Of a stretch of DNA of 64,000 nucleotides, positions 52,189 to 60,800 are shown one piece after another (positions within the stretch are counted from its first letter, which is position 1; every line of letters starts with the position of its first letter). The translations under genes were made by a program, and so were the position numbers. The notes beneath the pieces were generated by a model. That model was not told the origin of the DNA, made no database searches, and saw only the letters and a list, made by a program, of their open reading frames with translations. Source of the stretch: an uncultured Clostridium sp. (GTDB lineage: Bacteria; Bacillota_I; Bacilli_A; RF39; UBA660); assembly GCA_946414595.1 (NCBI GenBank), contig CAMKPE010000008.1:1152-65151 (forward strand). Reading direction: 5' to 3'.

Positions 52189-53151
52189 ATGTTAGAAAGA
52201 AATAAAGAAAGCAACAAGTTCGGATTTATACTAACTTTTATTGGATTGTTGTTTTTTGTTATATTATTGGTTGTTTTAATAAACATGACTAGTAAGAAAA
52301 ATAAAATGGATCAAAAAACAACAGCAACAAGTATTGATGAAAACTTTCATTACGATGATGATGGAAGCGGAATATATTCCCCTGTTTTTTATTATATAGT
52401 AAATGGTAATACATACTCATGTAAGGCTTCAGTATCATCTTCAAATAGACCAAGCAGCAATACTACTATTTATTACGATTCAAAAAATCCTAGTTCATGT
52501 ATAACAGAATATGATTTATCAACAGCTGGATTCCTTTATATTTTCATTGGAATTTCTGGGTTTATATTAGCAATCGGATTATACTTCCTTGTTAAGAATT
52601 TTAGAATAAAGAATAGATTCAAATCTCTTAGTACTAAAGGAAAACTAATTAAAGGTCTTCCATATACTGTAAAAACTACTAATTCTTATTTAAACGGACA
52701 TCAAGGAGAAAAAATTATAGTTACTTATACTACTCCAAGTGGAGAAACTAAAGAATTCGTTGGGAAAACTAGATATGATTTAGATAATATTGAAAATACA
52801 GATGTAGTAGATTTATTAGTTGACCCAGATAATTATAATAATTATTATATCGATTTTGATATTCAATATACTGAAGATGCTCCTGTTGAGTTCTATCAGA
52901 AAAAAACAGATAGTAATAGCCAAACTAATGATTCAAAAACTGTATTACAGGAAAATCAAAATGTAGAACAACAAATACAAGAACCTGTTCAAAATGTTCA
53001 GCAAAATGTTGAACCAGTTGTTCAAAATGTCGTACCTCAAGTTCAAAGTGTACAACAACCTATTCAAGAGCAAAACACTAATTCATTAGATGATTTTGGT
53101 TTTTATACTACTCCAGTAGAAAACACAAATAATAAAACTGATAATCAATAA
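52189..53151 (+). CDS. DUF3592-like membrane protein, paralogue 1 (320 aa) with a Q/N/V-rich tail
   Basis: The layout is TM, beta-domain, TM: YSPVFYYIVNGNTYSCKASVSSSNRPSSNTTIYYDSKNPSSCITEYD. The start is moved to ATG 52189, 8 nt after AGAGGTG. Confidence 0.65.
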   Translation: MLERNKESNKFGFILTFIGLLFFVILLVVLINMTSKKNKMDQKTTATSIDENFHYDDDGSGIYSPVFYYIVNGNTYSCKASVSSSNRPSSNTTIYYDSKNPSSCITEYDLSTAGFLYIFIGISGFILAIGLYFLVKNFRIKNRFKSLSTKGKLIKGLPYTVKTTNSYLNGHQGEKIIVTYTTPSGETKEFVGKTRYDLDNIENTDVVDLLVDPDNYNNYYIDFDIQYTEDAPVEFYQKKTDSNSQTNDSKTVLQENQNVEQQIQEPVQNVQQNVEPVVQNVVPQVQSVQQPIQEQNTNSLDDFGFYTTPVENTNNKTDNQ

Positions 53152-53156
53152 TATAA

Positions 53157-53185
53157 GGATTGACACTGTTGTCAATCTTTTTTTG
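53157..53185 (+). terminator. Intrinsic terminator (second copy of the duplicated intergenic module)
   Basis: Stem gattgaca / tgtcaatc with loop ctgt and a 7-nt T-run. The following ~60 nt match the region downstream of the rpsD terminator. Confidence 0.7.
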
Positions 53186-53243
53186 TGCTCAAATATTTAC
53201 TATTTCCTACCCTTTTGTTAATATTTCATTAGAGGTGTTCTTG

Positions 53244-53936
53244 ATGTATAAGATAAAAGAAAGGTTTGGTTTTACTACTTTTATGTTATGGTTTGCAACT
53301 ATTTTAGCAGCAGTAATAATTGCAGTATGTACAGGTGTAGTCATTAGAAATGTCGTTGCTAAAATATCTGTGGATGAAACTACTGATGCAATAAGTATTG
53401 AATATAAAGAAAGTTTAGACGATGACAACAATGTTGTTTATAAACCAATTTATCAATACGAAGTAAACGGAAAAGAATATTCCTGTGAATCAATGTTTAC
53501 AGTTAAATCAAAAATAGAAGGAAAAGCAATAGTGCATTATGACAAAAGTAAACCTCAGATGTGTATAACTGATTATAGTTATTCACGTTATGCTGCTAAT
53601 TATCTTATGATATTTATAATTCCTTTCATGGCTTTAATTCTTGTAATATCTTTTGGAACTTTAAAAAAGCATAAAAAAAGAATAGAAATGATCAAGTATT
53701 TATTAAATAATGGTGTTTTAATAAAAAACATTCCTCATGAATTAGAAATAAATACTTCTGATGACCCTCGTGATACAAAATATGTTAGCACATACAAGTT
53801 CCCTGATGGTGTAACAAGAAAAATAGAAAGCAAAGAAATGTATTATTTAACTGCTAAAAAAGGAAGCGCTGATTTATTATACGATCCTAAAAATTGTGAT
53901 AATTATTATTTCGGTGCTAATATAGAAAAAATATAA
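53244..53936 (+). CDS. DUF3592-like membrane protein, paralogue 2 (230 aa)
   Basis: YKPIYQYEVNGKEYSCESMFTVKSKIEGKAIVHYDKSKPQMCITDY is flanked by TM segments. The start is moved to MYKIKERFG (ATG 53244) after AGAGGTG, because the track start at 53160 lies inside the terminator. Confidence 0.65.
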   Translation: MYKIKERFGFTTFMLWFATILAAVIIAVCTGVVIRNVVAKISVDETTDAISIEYKESLDDDNNVVYKPIYQYEVNGKEYSCESMFTVKSKIEGKAIVHYDKSKPQMCITDYSYSRYAANYLMIFIIPFMALILVISFGTLKKHKKRIEMIKYLLNNGVLIKNIPHELEINTSDDPRDTKYVSTYKFPDGVTRKIESKEMYYLTAKKGSADLLYDPKNCDNYYFGANIEKI

Positions 53937-53947
53937 AAGGAGATATT

Positions 53948-54403
53948 ATGGAAAAAGAAGATTATAAAACTTTAAAGAAAAGAAGAAAACAAGGATTAAT
54001 TGCCGCCGGTATCTTAGTAATTTTATTCGTATTTGTTCCTATAGGAGCAATATGCTATTATAAAGGTGAAAAAAGTGGTATGGACGGGGAAACAAAAGTT
54101 GTAGATATAATTGAAAATGAACATCGTTCAACTAATGAACCATATGACCTAATTTATTCTCCTGAATTTAAATATGTTGTTGATGGAAAAGAATATTCTT
54201 GTAAAACAAAACTTCATACAAGTAGAAAGCCAGATAAAGATACAATTGTTTATTATAAAACTGATGATCCTAGCAAATGTATAACAAGTTATGAACTTAC
54301 TAATTACGATGTTTTTTATGTAATTATAGGATTTGGAGTATTAATAGCTATCATCTCATCATTTTCAATGTGGCGAATTACTAAAAAAATGAATGAACTA
54401 TAA
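53948..54403 (+). CDS. DUF3592-like membrane protein, paralogue 3 (151 aa)
   Basis: YSPEFKYVVDGKEYSCKTKLHTSRKPDKDTIVYYKTDDPSKCITSYE lies between two TM segments. RBS AAGGAG lies upstream. Confidence 0.65.
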   Translation: MEKEDYKTLKKRRKQGLIAAGILVILFVFVPIGAICYYKGEKSGMDGETKVVDIIENEHRSTNEPYDLIYSPEFKYVVDGKEYSCKTKLHTSRKPDKDTIVYYKTDDPSKCITSYELTNYDVFYVIIGFGVLIAIISSFSMWRITKKMNEL

Positions 54404-54430
54404 AAAAAAGAGTTATTAAACTCTTTTTTA
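54403..54430. terminator. Bidirectional intrinsic terminator (convergent with tyrS)
   Basis: Stem aaaagagtt / aactctttt with a 4-nt loop, flanked by A- and T-runs. Confidence 0.7.
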
Positions 54431-55654
54431 TTTGCATTTAATTAAGAAGTATTTCTTCTTTCCTCTTCTTAAAATAATATATTTACCTTCAATAGCATCT
54501 TTTTTAGAAACAACTTTCTCTAAGTCAGTTACTTTATCACCATTAATTGATATAGTTCCACCAGTTACAAATTCTCTTGCTTCTCTTTTACTTGAACATA
54601 TTTGTTTATCAACAAGTAAATCAACAAGATTTAATTCACCAGTTAATTCTTTCTTTTCAGCATCTTTAAATAATAAATCTATATCTTTAACTGTTAGGTC
54701 TTTAACGTTACCACTAAATAATGCTTCACTCATCTTTAATGCTTTTTGATATTCTTCTTCACCATGAAGATCTGTAATTATTTCTTTTGCTAATGCTTGA
54801 TGTGCAATTCTCTTTTCTGGTGCAGCATTATGTTCTTTTTCGATACTTTCTATTTCTTCTTTAGATAAGAATGTTAATTTCTTTAAGTATTCAATTATCA
54901 TTGTATCTTCAAGATTGATTAGATATTGATACATTTCATAACTTGAAGTCTTATTCTTATCAAGCCATAAAGCATTACCTTCAGTCTTACCAAACTTCTT
55001 TCCAGTTGAGTCAGTTACTAAAGGCATTACCATACCATAAGCTTCTTTATCAAGTTTCTTTCTAATTAACTCAATACCTGAAGTTATATTTCCCCATTGA
55101 TCACTACCTGCTACTTGAAGAGTTACTCCTCTATTTTCATATAAATATAAGAAATCTAATGCTTGTAAAATCATATATGAGAATTCAGCATAAGTAATTC
55201 CAGATTCCATTCTTGATTTTACTTTATCTTTTGCAAGCATATAATTTACATTAAAATACTTACCATAATCTCTTAAGAAATCAATTACATTTATATCTTT
55301 TGTCCAATCCCAGTTGTTAACAACTTCAAATCCAAATAATTCTTCTGCTTGTTTCTTCAAACCATTAAAGTTATGTTCAACTTCTTCTTTAGTAATCATT
55401 GGACGTTCTGCATCTGGTTTAGGATCTCCAATAAGTCCAGTTGCTCCACCTACTAAAAGAATTGGATGATGTCCAGCCTTTGCAAGACGTTTTGATATTA
55501 GAAAAGATGAATAATGTCCAATATGCATAGAATCTGCTGTTGGATCAGTTCCAATATAGAAAGTAAGTCCTCCATTATTAAGTTTTTCAATTAAGTCAGG
55601 GCTTGAAATATCTTGTATCAATCCACGCCATACTAGTTCGTCATATAATTTCAT
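54428..55654 (-). CDS. tyrS: Tyrosine--tRNA ligase
   Basis: HIGH motif (MHIGHYSS), KMSKS-type motif (KFGKT), and a C-terminal S4-like domain. 408 aa. RBS AGGAGGAA lies upstream. Confidence 0.95.
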   Translation of the reverse strand: MKLYDELVWRGLIQDISSPDLIEKLNNGGLTFYIGTDPTADSMHIGHYSSFLISKRLAKAGHHPILLVGGATGLIGDPKPDAERPMITKEEVEHNFNGLKKQAEELFGFEVVNNWDWTKDINVIDFLRDYGKYFNVNYMLAKDKVKSRMESGITYAEFSYMILQALDFLYLYENRGVTLQVAGSDQWGNITSGIELIRKKLDKEAYGMVMPLVTDSTGKKFGKTEGNALWLDKNKTSSYEMYQYLINLEDTMIIEYLKKLTFLSKEEIESIEKEHNAAPEKRIAHQALAKEIITDLHGEEEYQKALKMSEALFSGNVKDLTVKDIDLLFKDAEKKELTGELNLVDLLVDKQICSSKREAREFVTGGTISINGDKVTDLEKVVSKKDAIEGKYIILRRGKKKYFLIKCK

Positions 55655-55868
55655 AATTTCCTCCTAAAAAAAGATGCTATAAATGTAAGAACGAATTATC
55701 GCGGTACCATCTTACTTTATAACATCTGTTATACACTCTACTCTTTAACGCAAGTATGCGATTTAACTCAGAATATGTATCTTCATTATTAATCTCTTAA
55801 GTATTTCCATCCTCTACTCTTTCTAGAAAGATAATTAATAACTACTATTATTCCTCATCGTTAAATAT
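55655..55868 (-). promoter_or_regulatory. T-box riboswitch leader of tyrS (candidate UAC Tyr specifier)
   Basis: On the minus strand the T-box core is AGATGGTACCGCG (plus-strand cgcggtaccat at 55700-55710), followed by ..CATCTTTTTTT directly before the RBS. The stem I-like 5' part has GATGAGGA (K-turn-like), AGAGTAGAGGATGGAAA and TTAAGAGA. GAAGA-TAC-A (TAC = plus-strand gta at 55777-55779) is the likely specifier, with the conserved purine after it. Confidence 0.8.
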
Positions 55869-55913
55869 ACATATAGTTTATCATATTTTATAAATAAATC
55901 AATAACTAGTTAT

Positions 55914-55942
55914 TTGATATTTTAAAGAATTTGTGGTATACT
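55914..55942 (+). promoter_or_regulatory. Sigma-A-type promoter for the serine hydrolase gene
   Basis: TTGATA (55914-55919), a 17-nt spacer ending TGG, and TATACT (55937-55942). RBS GAGGTG lies before ATG 55971. Confidence 0.6.
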
Positions 55943-55970
55943 AACCTCCGTTGTTTATTGAGGTGAACTT

Positions 55971-57392
55971 ATGTTTAAAAATAAAGTTGTCGAAAAATAT
56001 GTTCAAAATTTACAAGACACTGACAACATTGGAACTACTTTGTTATATTCAAAAAGAGATTATTTAGAGTTATATAAAGTAGTTATGGATGTATTAAGAA
56101 AGAATAAAGATGCTAGTATCGAAGAAATTAGAGAACAGTTATATCAAAGATCGGGATTAGAAGATGTTTTAAGAAAAGTATATTTAGAACAATTAAAAGC
56201 TCCTGGTGCGGTTATCAGTTTTGGTACTTTTAGACATCAGGATAAATTTGTAATTGGAAATAAACAAGAAATTGTTATTAATGACGGTAAAATAAATATT
56301 GATATGCAAGAAATGAAAGAAGATACAATATTTGATATTGCATCTTGTACTAAGTTATTCACTGCTGTAGTAATGCTTAGATTATCTTTACATCCAACTA
56401 TTTCATTAAATGATAAAGTTACTAAATATGCTCCACAGTTTAAAAATCTTGAAAATGTTACAATATATGATTTATTAACATACATTCCTCTTGTTACTGA
56501 AAGAAGAATTGATAATGCTAAAAATATTGAAGAAGCTGAAAACATTCTATTTAGTGCTAGAGTAAAAACACCAAGTGAAACAGAATATCAAGATAGATAT
56601 AATGATATAGCTCCAATGGTTTTAAAGTATGTTATTGAAAAAATAATTGATATGCCAATTGATCAATACATTCGTGAAAATATATTAGAAAAGTTAGCTA
56701 TGAGTGATACGCATGTTAAAGTACCTAGTTATAAATTAAATAGAGTTGCAAATAGTAACTATGCGATTAGTTTAATTTCAAATGGTGGAATACATATTAA
56801 TAATAATTCTCCTCTTGGTGTAGCAACTGATAGAAAGGCTGTCGTATTAGGACAACCAGAAGGTATTTTATCTGGGCATGCTGGATTATTCTCTAGTATT
56901 GATGATATGGTTATGTTTGCAAAAAGTTTGTCATGCGGTATAACTATTCATCCTGCTCTATATCGTGAGATGGCTAGAAATAGAACACCAGATGATATAG
57001 TAAAATATGATGGATTTAAATATACTCCATCATACGGATATTTATGTAATGTAAAAAATAATGATCCAAGATTTGCATTAATTTATCCAGGACTAAGTGG
57101 TCAAAGTATTGGACAAACTGGATGGAGTGGTTCATTTATTGCAATAGATCCGTTAAATGATATTAACGTTAATTTATTAAGTAACAGAACTCACAATAGA
57201 ATTGTATCAATTGATCCAAATGCAAGACATAGATTACCTGTCGGGTTAATTGATTCAAGTAATTATTGGTTTGATAGAAAAACAGTAACTGATGCTTGTT
57301 CAAAACTTGCCTTACAAGAAAAGATGCTTGAAGACATAGTTGGTGAAGCAAATGTACCACTTAAAACATATAAAGTTAGAACATTAAAATAA
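55971..57392 (+). CDS. Serine hydrolase of the beta-lactamase / penicillin-binding (class C-like) family
   Basis: SxxK motif IASCTKLFTAVV, a Y-x-N-like RYNDIAP, and a late QTGWSG in the KTG position. 473 aa. Confidence 0.75.
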   Translation: MFKNKVVEKYVQNLQDTDNIGTTLLYSKRDYLELYKVVMDVLRKNKDASIEEIREQLYQRSGLEDVLRKVYLEQLKAPGAVISFGTFRHQDKFVIGNKQEIVINDGKINIDMQEMKEDTIFDIASCTKLFTAVVMLRLSLHPTISLNDKVTKYAPQFKNLENVTIYDLLTYIPLVTERRIDNAKNIEEAENILFSARVKTPSETEYQDRYNDIAPMVLKYVIEKIIDMPIDQYIRENILEKLAMSDTHVKVPSYKLNRVANSNYAISLISNGGIHINNNSPLGVATDRKAVVLGQPEGILSGHAGLFSSIDDMVMFAKSLSCGITIHPALYREMARNRTPDDIVKYDGFKYTPSYGYLCNVKNNDPRFALIYPGLSGQSIGQTGWSGSFIAIDPLNDINVNLLSNRTHNRIVSIDPNARHRLPVGLIDSSNYWFDRKTVTDACSKLALQEKMLEDIVGEANVPLKTYKVRTLK

Positions 57393-57402
57393 AAAAAGAA
57401 GC

Positions 57403-57822
57403 TTATGCTTCTTTTTCTTTTTTAGCTTGTTTTCTTTCCTCAAGTTTTTCAACAACTTCTTTTGTTACTTCTTGAGCTTTTGCTTTTAATTCTTTAGCAG
57501 TCTTTTCTACTGCAGGAATTCCTTTTTCTTTAGCAAATTCAATTAAGTCTTCGCATCTTTCTTTTAAAAGAGTTCCTTTTTCTTTTGCTATTTCTAATAT
57601 CTTTTCTTTATCTAATTCAGAAAGACTCTTTTTAATTTCAGCAATTTTATTAGCAACTGCTTCCTTAACTTCATCTAAGTCAATATCTCTTATTTTGTTC
57701 ATTAATTCTTCAAATAATTCTTTTAAGTCTTCTCTTGTTTCACTACCCTTTTTAGGTGCATATAAAACTCCAAGAGCTGCTCCTACAGCAAGACCTGCTA
57801 TAAATGTTTTTGTTTTACTCAT
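57403..57822 (-). CDS. YtxH-like protein
   Basis: MSKTKTFIAGLAVGAALGVLYAPKKGSETREDL is the YtxH signature. The remainder is K/E-rich and helical. It overlaps the upstream DUF948-like gene by 8 nt. Confidence 0.8.
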   Translation of the reverse strand: MSKTKTFIAGLAVGAALGVLYAPKKGSETREDLKELFEELMNKIRDIDLDEVKEAVANKIAEIKKSLSELDKEKILEIAKEKGTLLKERCEDLIEFAKEKGIPAVEKTAKELKAKAQEVTKEVVEKLEERKQAKKEKEA

Positions 57823-58123
57823 CGTCCTCTACCTCCTCTTTCTTAACTTTTTTATTTTTCTTTTTTTGTTTAAATACAGTGCTAACTATTTTAGCTACAA
57901 CACCGCTTACTTTACTATTTGCACTCTTGATAGTATCTCCTACTTTTTCAATAGCATCAAATAATCCGTTTAATTTTTGTGATTTCCCTTCAACATCATC
58001 AAGTAAGATGTTAACTTTTTCAACAGTACTAATTAATCTTGTAATTAAGATTATAATTACAAATAATAGAACTGCTACTAGGAAATAAATAATAATTGGA
58101 AAAATGTCATTTAATAATTCCAT
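57815..58123 (-). CDS. DUF948-like membrane protein
   Basis: N-terminal TM IFPIIIYFLVAVLLFVIIILI followed by a helical LISTVEKVNILLDDVEGKSQKLNGLFDAIEKVGDTI. Pairing with YtxH is typical. Confidence 0.7.
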   Translation of the reverse strand: MELLNDIFPIIIYFLVAVLLFVIIILITRLISTVEKVNILLDDVEGKSQKLNGLFDAIEKVGDTIKSANSKVSGVVAKIVSTVFKQKKKNKKVKKEEVEDDE

Positions 58124-58126
58124 AGC

Positions 58127-59116
58127 CTACTCCTTATCCTCATACATTGAATCTATTAAATCAAAAATATTTTTATCATCTTCTGATTCATCTAAATCGA
58201 TTTTGTTATCTTCTTTCTTTTCTTCAATATCGATAACATCTTCGTTGTCGCCTTCATCTAAGATTTCTTCTTCTACTTTTTCTTCTTTAGGTTCATCTTT
58301 TTCTACTTTATAATCTACATTATATTCTAACCCTAAATCATGATAATATTCTTCAGCATCTCCAACTGTTACAACTTTTACTGTAGGAGATTCATCATTT
58401 AAGTCATAAAGTAAATCTTCTTTTGTTTCTGCAACATCTTCTTTATCCTGAGATTTTTCTCCTTCTTCAATGGATGCTGAAATATCACCAGCTAAGTCAC
58501 CATAAGCTTTTTCTCTAATGATATCTAAATCAGCTTTCTTTGCAGAAGTTTGGGATAATCTAATTTCTTTTTTTGATACTATTTCTTCTTTCTTATAGTT
58601 CTTATTTAAGATTCCATAGATTGGAGAAATAATTGGTGAAGGAGTAAATGTTGATTTTTGTTCACGATCTTTTGATCCTTCATATAATCCTTGATATGGC
58701 ATAGATCTTTCTTCTCTTTTAGGAAGATGTTCTTCTTCATATCTTACTTCTTCATAGTGATATTCTTCAACAGGTTCTTCTTCGATTTCTACAGGTTTTT
58801 CTTCTTCCTCTTCTTCTATTATTTCTCTAATAGGAGCTTCAAGTTCCATAGTCTTTTCAACTTCAAAGTCTTTATCATCAAAACTTGGAAAGAAATCTTT
58901 TTCTCTTTTAAACTCTTCAGTATTATCACTTTCAAGATCTATTTCTTCTTTTTCTTCTTGCTTAATAATAGGTTCTTCTTTTTTCTTAACTTCAGGAGTT
59001 TCTATTTTCTTAGCTACTGCTACTTTGTCCTTAAGTTCTTTTTCTTTTTCGTCTTCTTCTACTTCTACTACTTCTTCTTCAAAGAAAACACCTTTTAACT
59101 TATTTAAAAATCCCAT
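58127..59116 (-). CDS. Highly acidic E/K/D-rich hypothetical protein (329 aa) with an N-terminal amphipathic segment
   Basis: From the ORF track. It starts MGFLNKLKGVFFEEE. It contains the central motif TFTPSPIISPIYGILN. No TM segment. Confidence 0.6.
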   Translation of the reverse strand: MGFLNKLKGVFFEEEVVEVEEDEKEKELKDKVAVAKKIETPEVKKKEEPIIKQEEKEEIDLESDNTEEFKREKDFFPSFDDKDFEVEKTMELEAPIREIIEEEEEEKPVEIEEEPVEEYHYEEVRYEEEHLPKREERSMPYQGLYEGSKDREQKSTFTPSPIISPIYGILNKNYKKEEIVSKKEIRLSQTSAKKADLDIIREKAYGDLAGDISASIEEGEKSQDKEDVAETKEDLLYDLNDESPTVKVVTVGDAEEYYHDLGLEYNVDYKVEKDEPKEEKVEEEILDEGDNEDVIDIEEKKEDNKIDLDESEDDKNIFDLIDSMYEDKE

Positions 59117-59128
59117 AATAGCACCTTC

Positions 59129-59794
59129 CTATACGCCATCTGCGTCCAAAATATCTTCGTCTTTATTATTTTCTTCTTCATCATCGTATTCATAATACTC
59201 TTCAATGTAATCTAAGAAAGTTCCATCTTCTCTTTTTGATTCAAATTCACTATAAACTTCTTCTTTATTGTCTAATGTCTTATCTCCAATTAAAGTTTCA
59301 AGAATTACATCGTTATATTGAATGGAAGCTAAAATTCTTATTGAGTTTTTAATTGCACTCTCTAAGTTTTCTTTTTTAACATATGCTTCTATTTTTGAAT
59401 AATTATATGATAATTCTATATAATAAATATCATTTTCTGGATTACCTATTTTAATATACCCATCAATATTATTATAAGATATTTTCTTAAAAAAGTATAG
59501 TTCATTATCATTAGTTGCGTTTTTCTGTACCTTGTTAAAATATGATACTATATCAACGTATAAATAAAAGTAATCATCATTCGATAATAGTACATGATTA
59601 TTACCCTTTCTGTTTACAATGCTGAACCCTTGTGGCAAATAGTATTTATATCCTTCAAAATACTTATTTGCTTTTTGACTTTTTAAAGAAGTTGTCTCTT
59701 CTATTACTCTATCTATATCACTATTTGTGATCTCTTTTACTTCGCATCCTGTAAACACTATAAGCAAGGCTAATAATACAATTAATTTTTTCAT
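59129..59794 (-). CDS. Putative lipoprotein (221 aa)
   Basis: The signal peptide has a lipobox: MKKLIVLLALLIVFTG/C. Confidence 0.7.
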   Translation of the reverse strand: MKKLIVLLALLIVFTGCEVKEITNSDIDRVIEETTSLKSQKANKYFEGYKYYLPQGFSIVNRKGNNHVLLSNDDYFYLYVDIVSYFNKVQKNATNDNELYFFKKISYNNIDGYIKIGNPENDIYYIELSYNYSKIEAYVKKENLESAIKNSIRILASIQYNDVILETLIGDKTLDNKEEVYSEFESKREDGTFLDYIEEYYEYDDEEENNKDEDILDADGV

Positions 59795-59860
59795 ATTACA
59801 CCTACTTTATATAGATTATATCAAACAAATTAAATCTATAATAATATTTTAACACTTTTT

Positions 59861-60511
59861 TTATTTATTAGACACCTTTTTTATGGCTACTAAATAATTA
59901 ATTTTTATATTCTTTTCAACAAATTTTTTCTCATATTCTGTCATAATATTTGATTCTATATCACTGTTATGTAAATCAAGTGAAACTTTATCAAAATAAT
60001 ATCCATTTGTACTCAATGTAACAAGTGAATATTCAAATAGATTTACATTATCTGTCTTCATTATTATTTCGTAATCGTTTTTAAATATTTTTGCATATTT
60101 ATCTAAAAATGTTTTAGATGTTAATCTTCTTTCACTATGTCTATTCTTAGGCCATGGATCAGAGAAGTTTAGATAAATTCTATCTACTTCTTTTTCAAAT
60201 ACTTCATCAATTACTTTAGCATCCATTCTAAGTAGTTTTAAGTTAGATGGAATATCTTCTCTACCCTCTATCTTTTGAATGGCTCTTGCTACAATACTAT
60301 CGTATTTTTCAATACCAATAAAATTGATATTTGGATATGTTAAAGCATTTTCTAAAATGAAATCTCCCTTACCCATTCCTATTTCTATATAGATTGGATT
60401 ATCGTTATTAAATAGTTTCTTCCAATTACCTTTTAAACCTTCTAAATTAGTAATTAGTAAAGTTGAATTTGATAAGATATCTTGTTTGTTTTTTACGTTT
60501 CTTAACCTCAC
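59861..60511 (-). CDS. trmB: tRNA (guanine-N7)-methyltransferase TrmB
   Basis: SAM motif IYIEIGMGKGDFI and NFSDPWPKNRHSERRL. The start is moved to GTG 60511 (M)RLRNVKNK, preceded by GGTGA and by TGTGATATAAT. The upstream part of the track ORF overlaps that promoter. Confidence 0.85.
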   Translation of the reverse strand: MRLRNVKNKQDILSNSTLLITNLEGLKGNWKKLFNNDNPIYIEIGMGKGDFILENALTYPNINFIGIEKYDSIVARAIQKIEGREDIPSNLKLLRMDAKVIDEVFEKEVDRIYLNFSDPWPKNRHSERRLTSKTFLDKYAKIFKNDYEIIMKTDNVNLFEYSLVTLSTNGYYFDKVSLDLHNSDIESNIMTEYEKKFVEKNIKINYLVAIKKVSNK

Positions 60512-60580
60512 TTGAATCACCAAAAATATTATATCACAATTAGCATTTATTGCATATAATAAAACGAATAAGGAGGATTT

Positions 60581-60775
60581 ATGAATAATCAAATGCCATA
60601 TGGTTTTATGCCAAATTTTGGCCCTATGATGAACGATAATCGTGAGATAAAAATGCTTAATGATCGAATAGATAAAATGGAAGGTCAAATCAAAAGGCTT
60701 GAGAAGAAAGTGGCTATGTTAGAACAACCTTTACCAATGCCTTATAATGGACTACAAAATAATTATTCAATATAA
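60581..60775 (+). CDS. Small hypothetical protein (64 aa), M/P/N-rich N-terminus plus a short coiled coil
   Basis: RBS AAGGAGGA lies 5 nt upstream. The sequence is MNNQMPYGFMPNFGPMMNDN + IKMLNDRIDKMEGQIKRLEKKVAMLEQ. A terminator follows. Confidence 0.55.
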   Translation: MNNQMPYGFMPNFGPMMNDNREIKMLNDRIDKMEGQIKRLEKKVAMLEQPLPMPYNGLQNNYSI

Positions 60776-60800
60776 AAAAAGTTGTGTAAAACAACTTTTT
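60775..60800. terminator. Bidirectional intrinsic terminator
   Basis: Stem aaaaagttgt / acaacttttt with loop gtaaa, between convergent genes. Confidence 0.7.

Noticed and set aside
60512-60688. 59-codon N-terminal extension of the trmB ORF in the track (MTFHFIYSIIKHFYL...)
   Set aside because: TrmB homology begins at (M)RLRNVKNK. The extension overlaps a TGTGATATAAT promoter-like element and the divergent small gene, and its composition looks non-coding. I trimmed similar 5' extensions at 19734-19790, 40577-40642, 51225-51260, 53160-53243, 11705-11728, 15761-15796 and 20526-20546.
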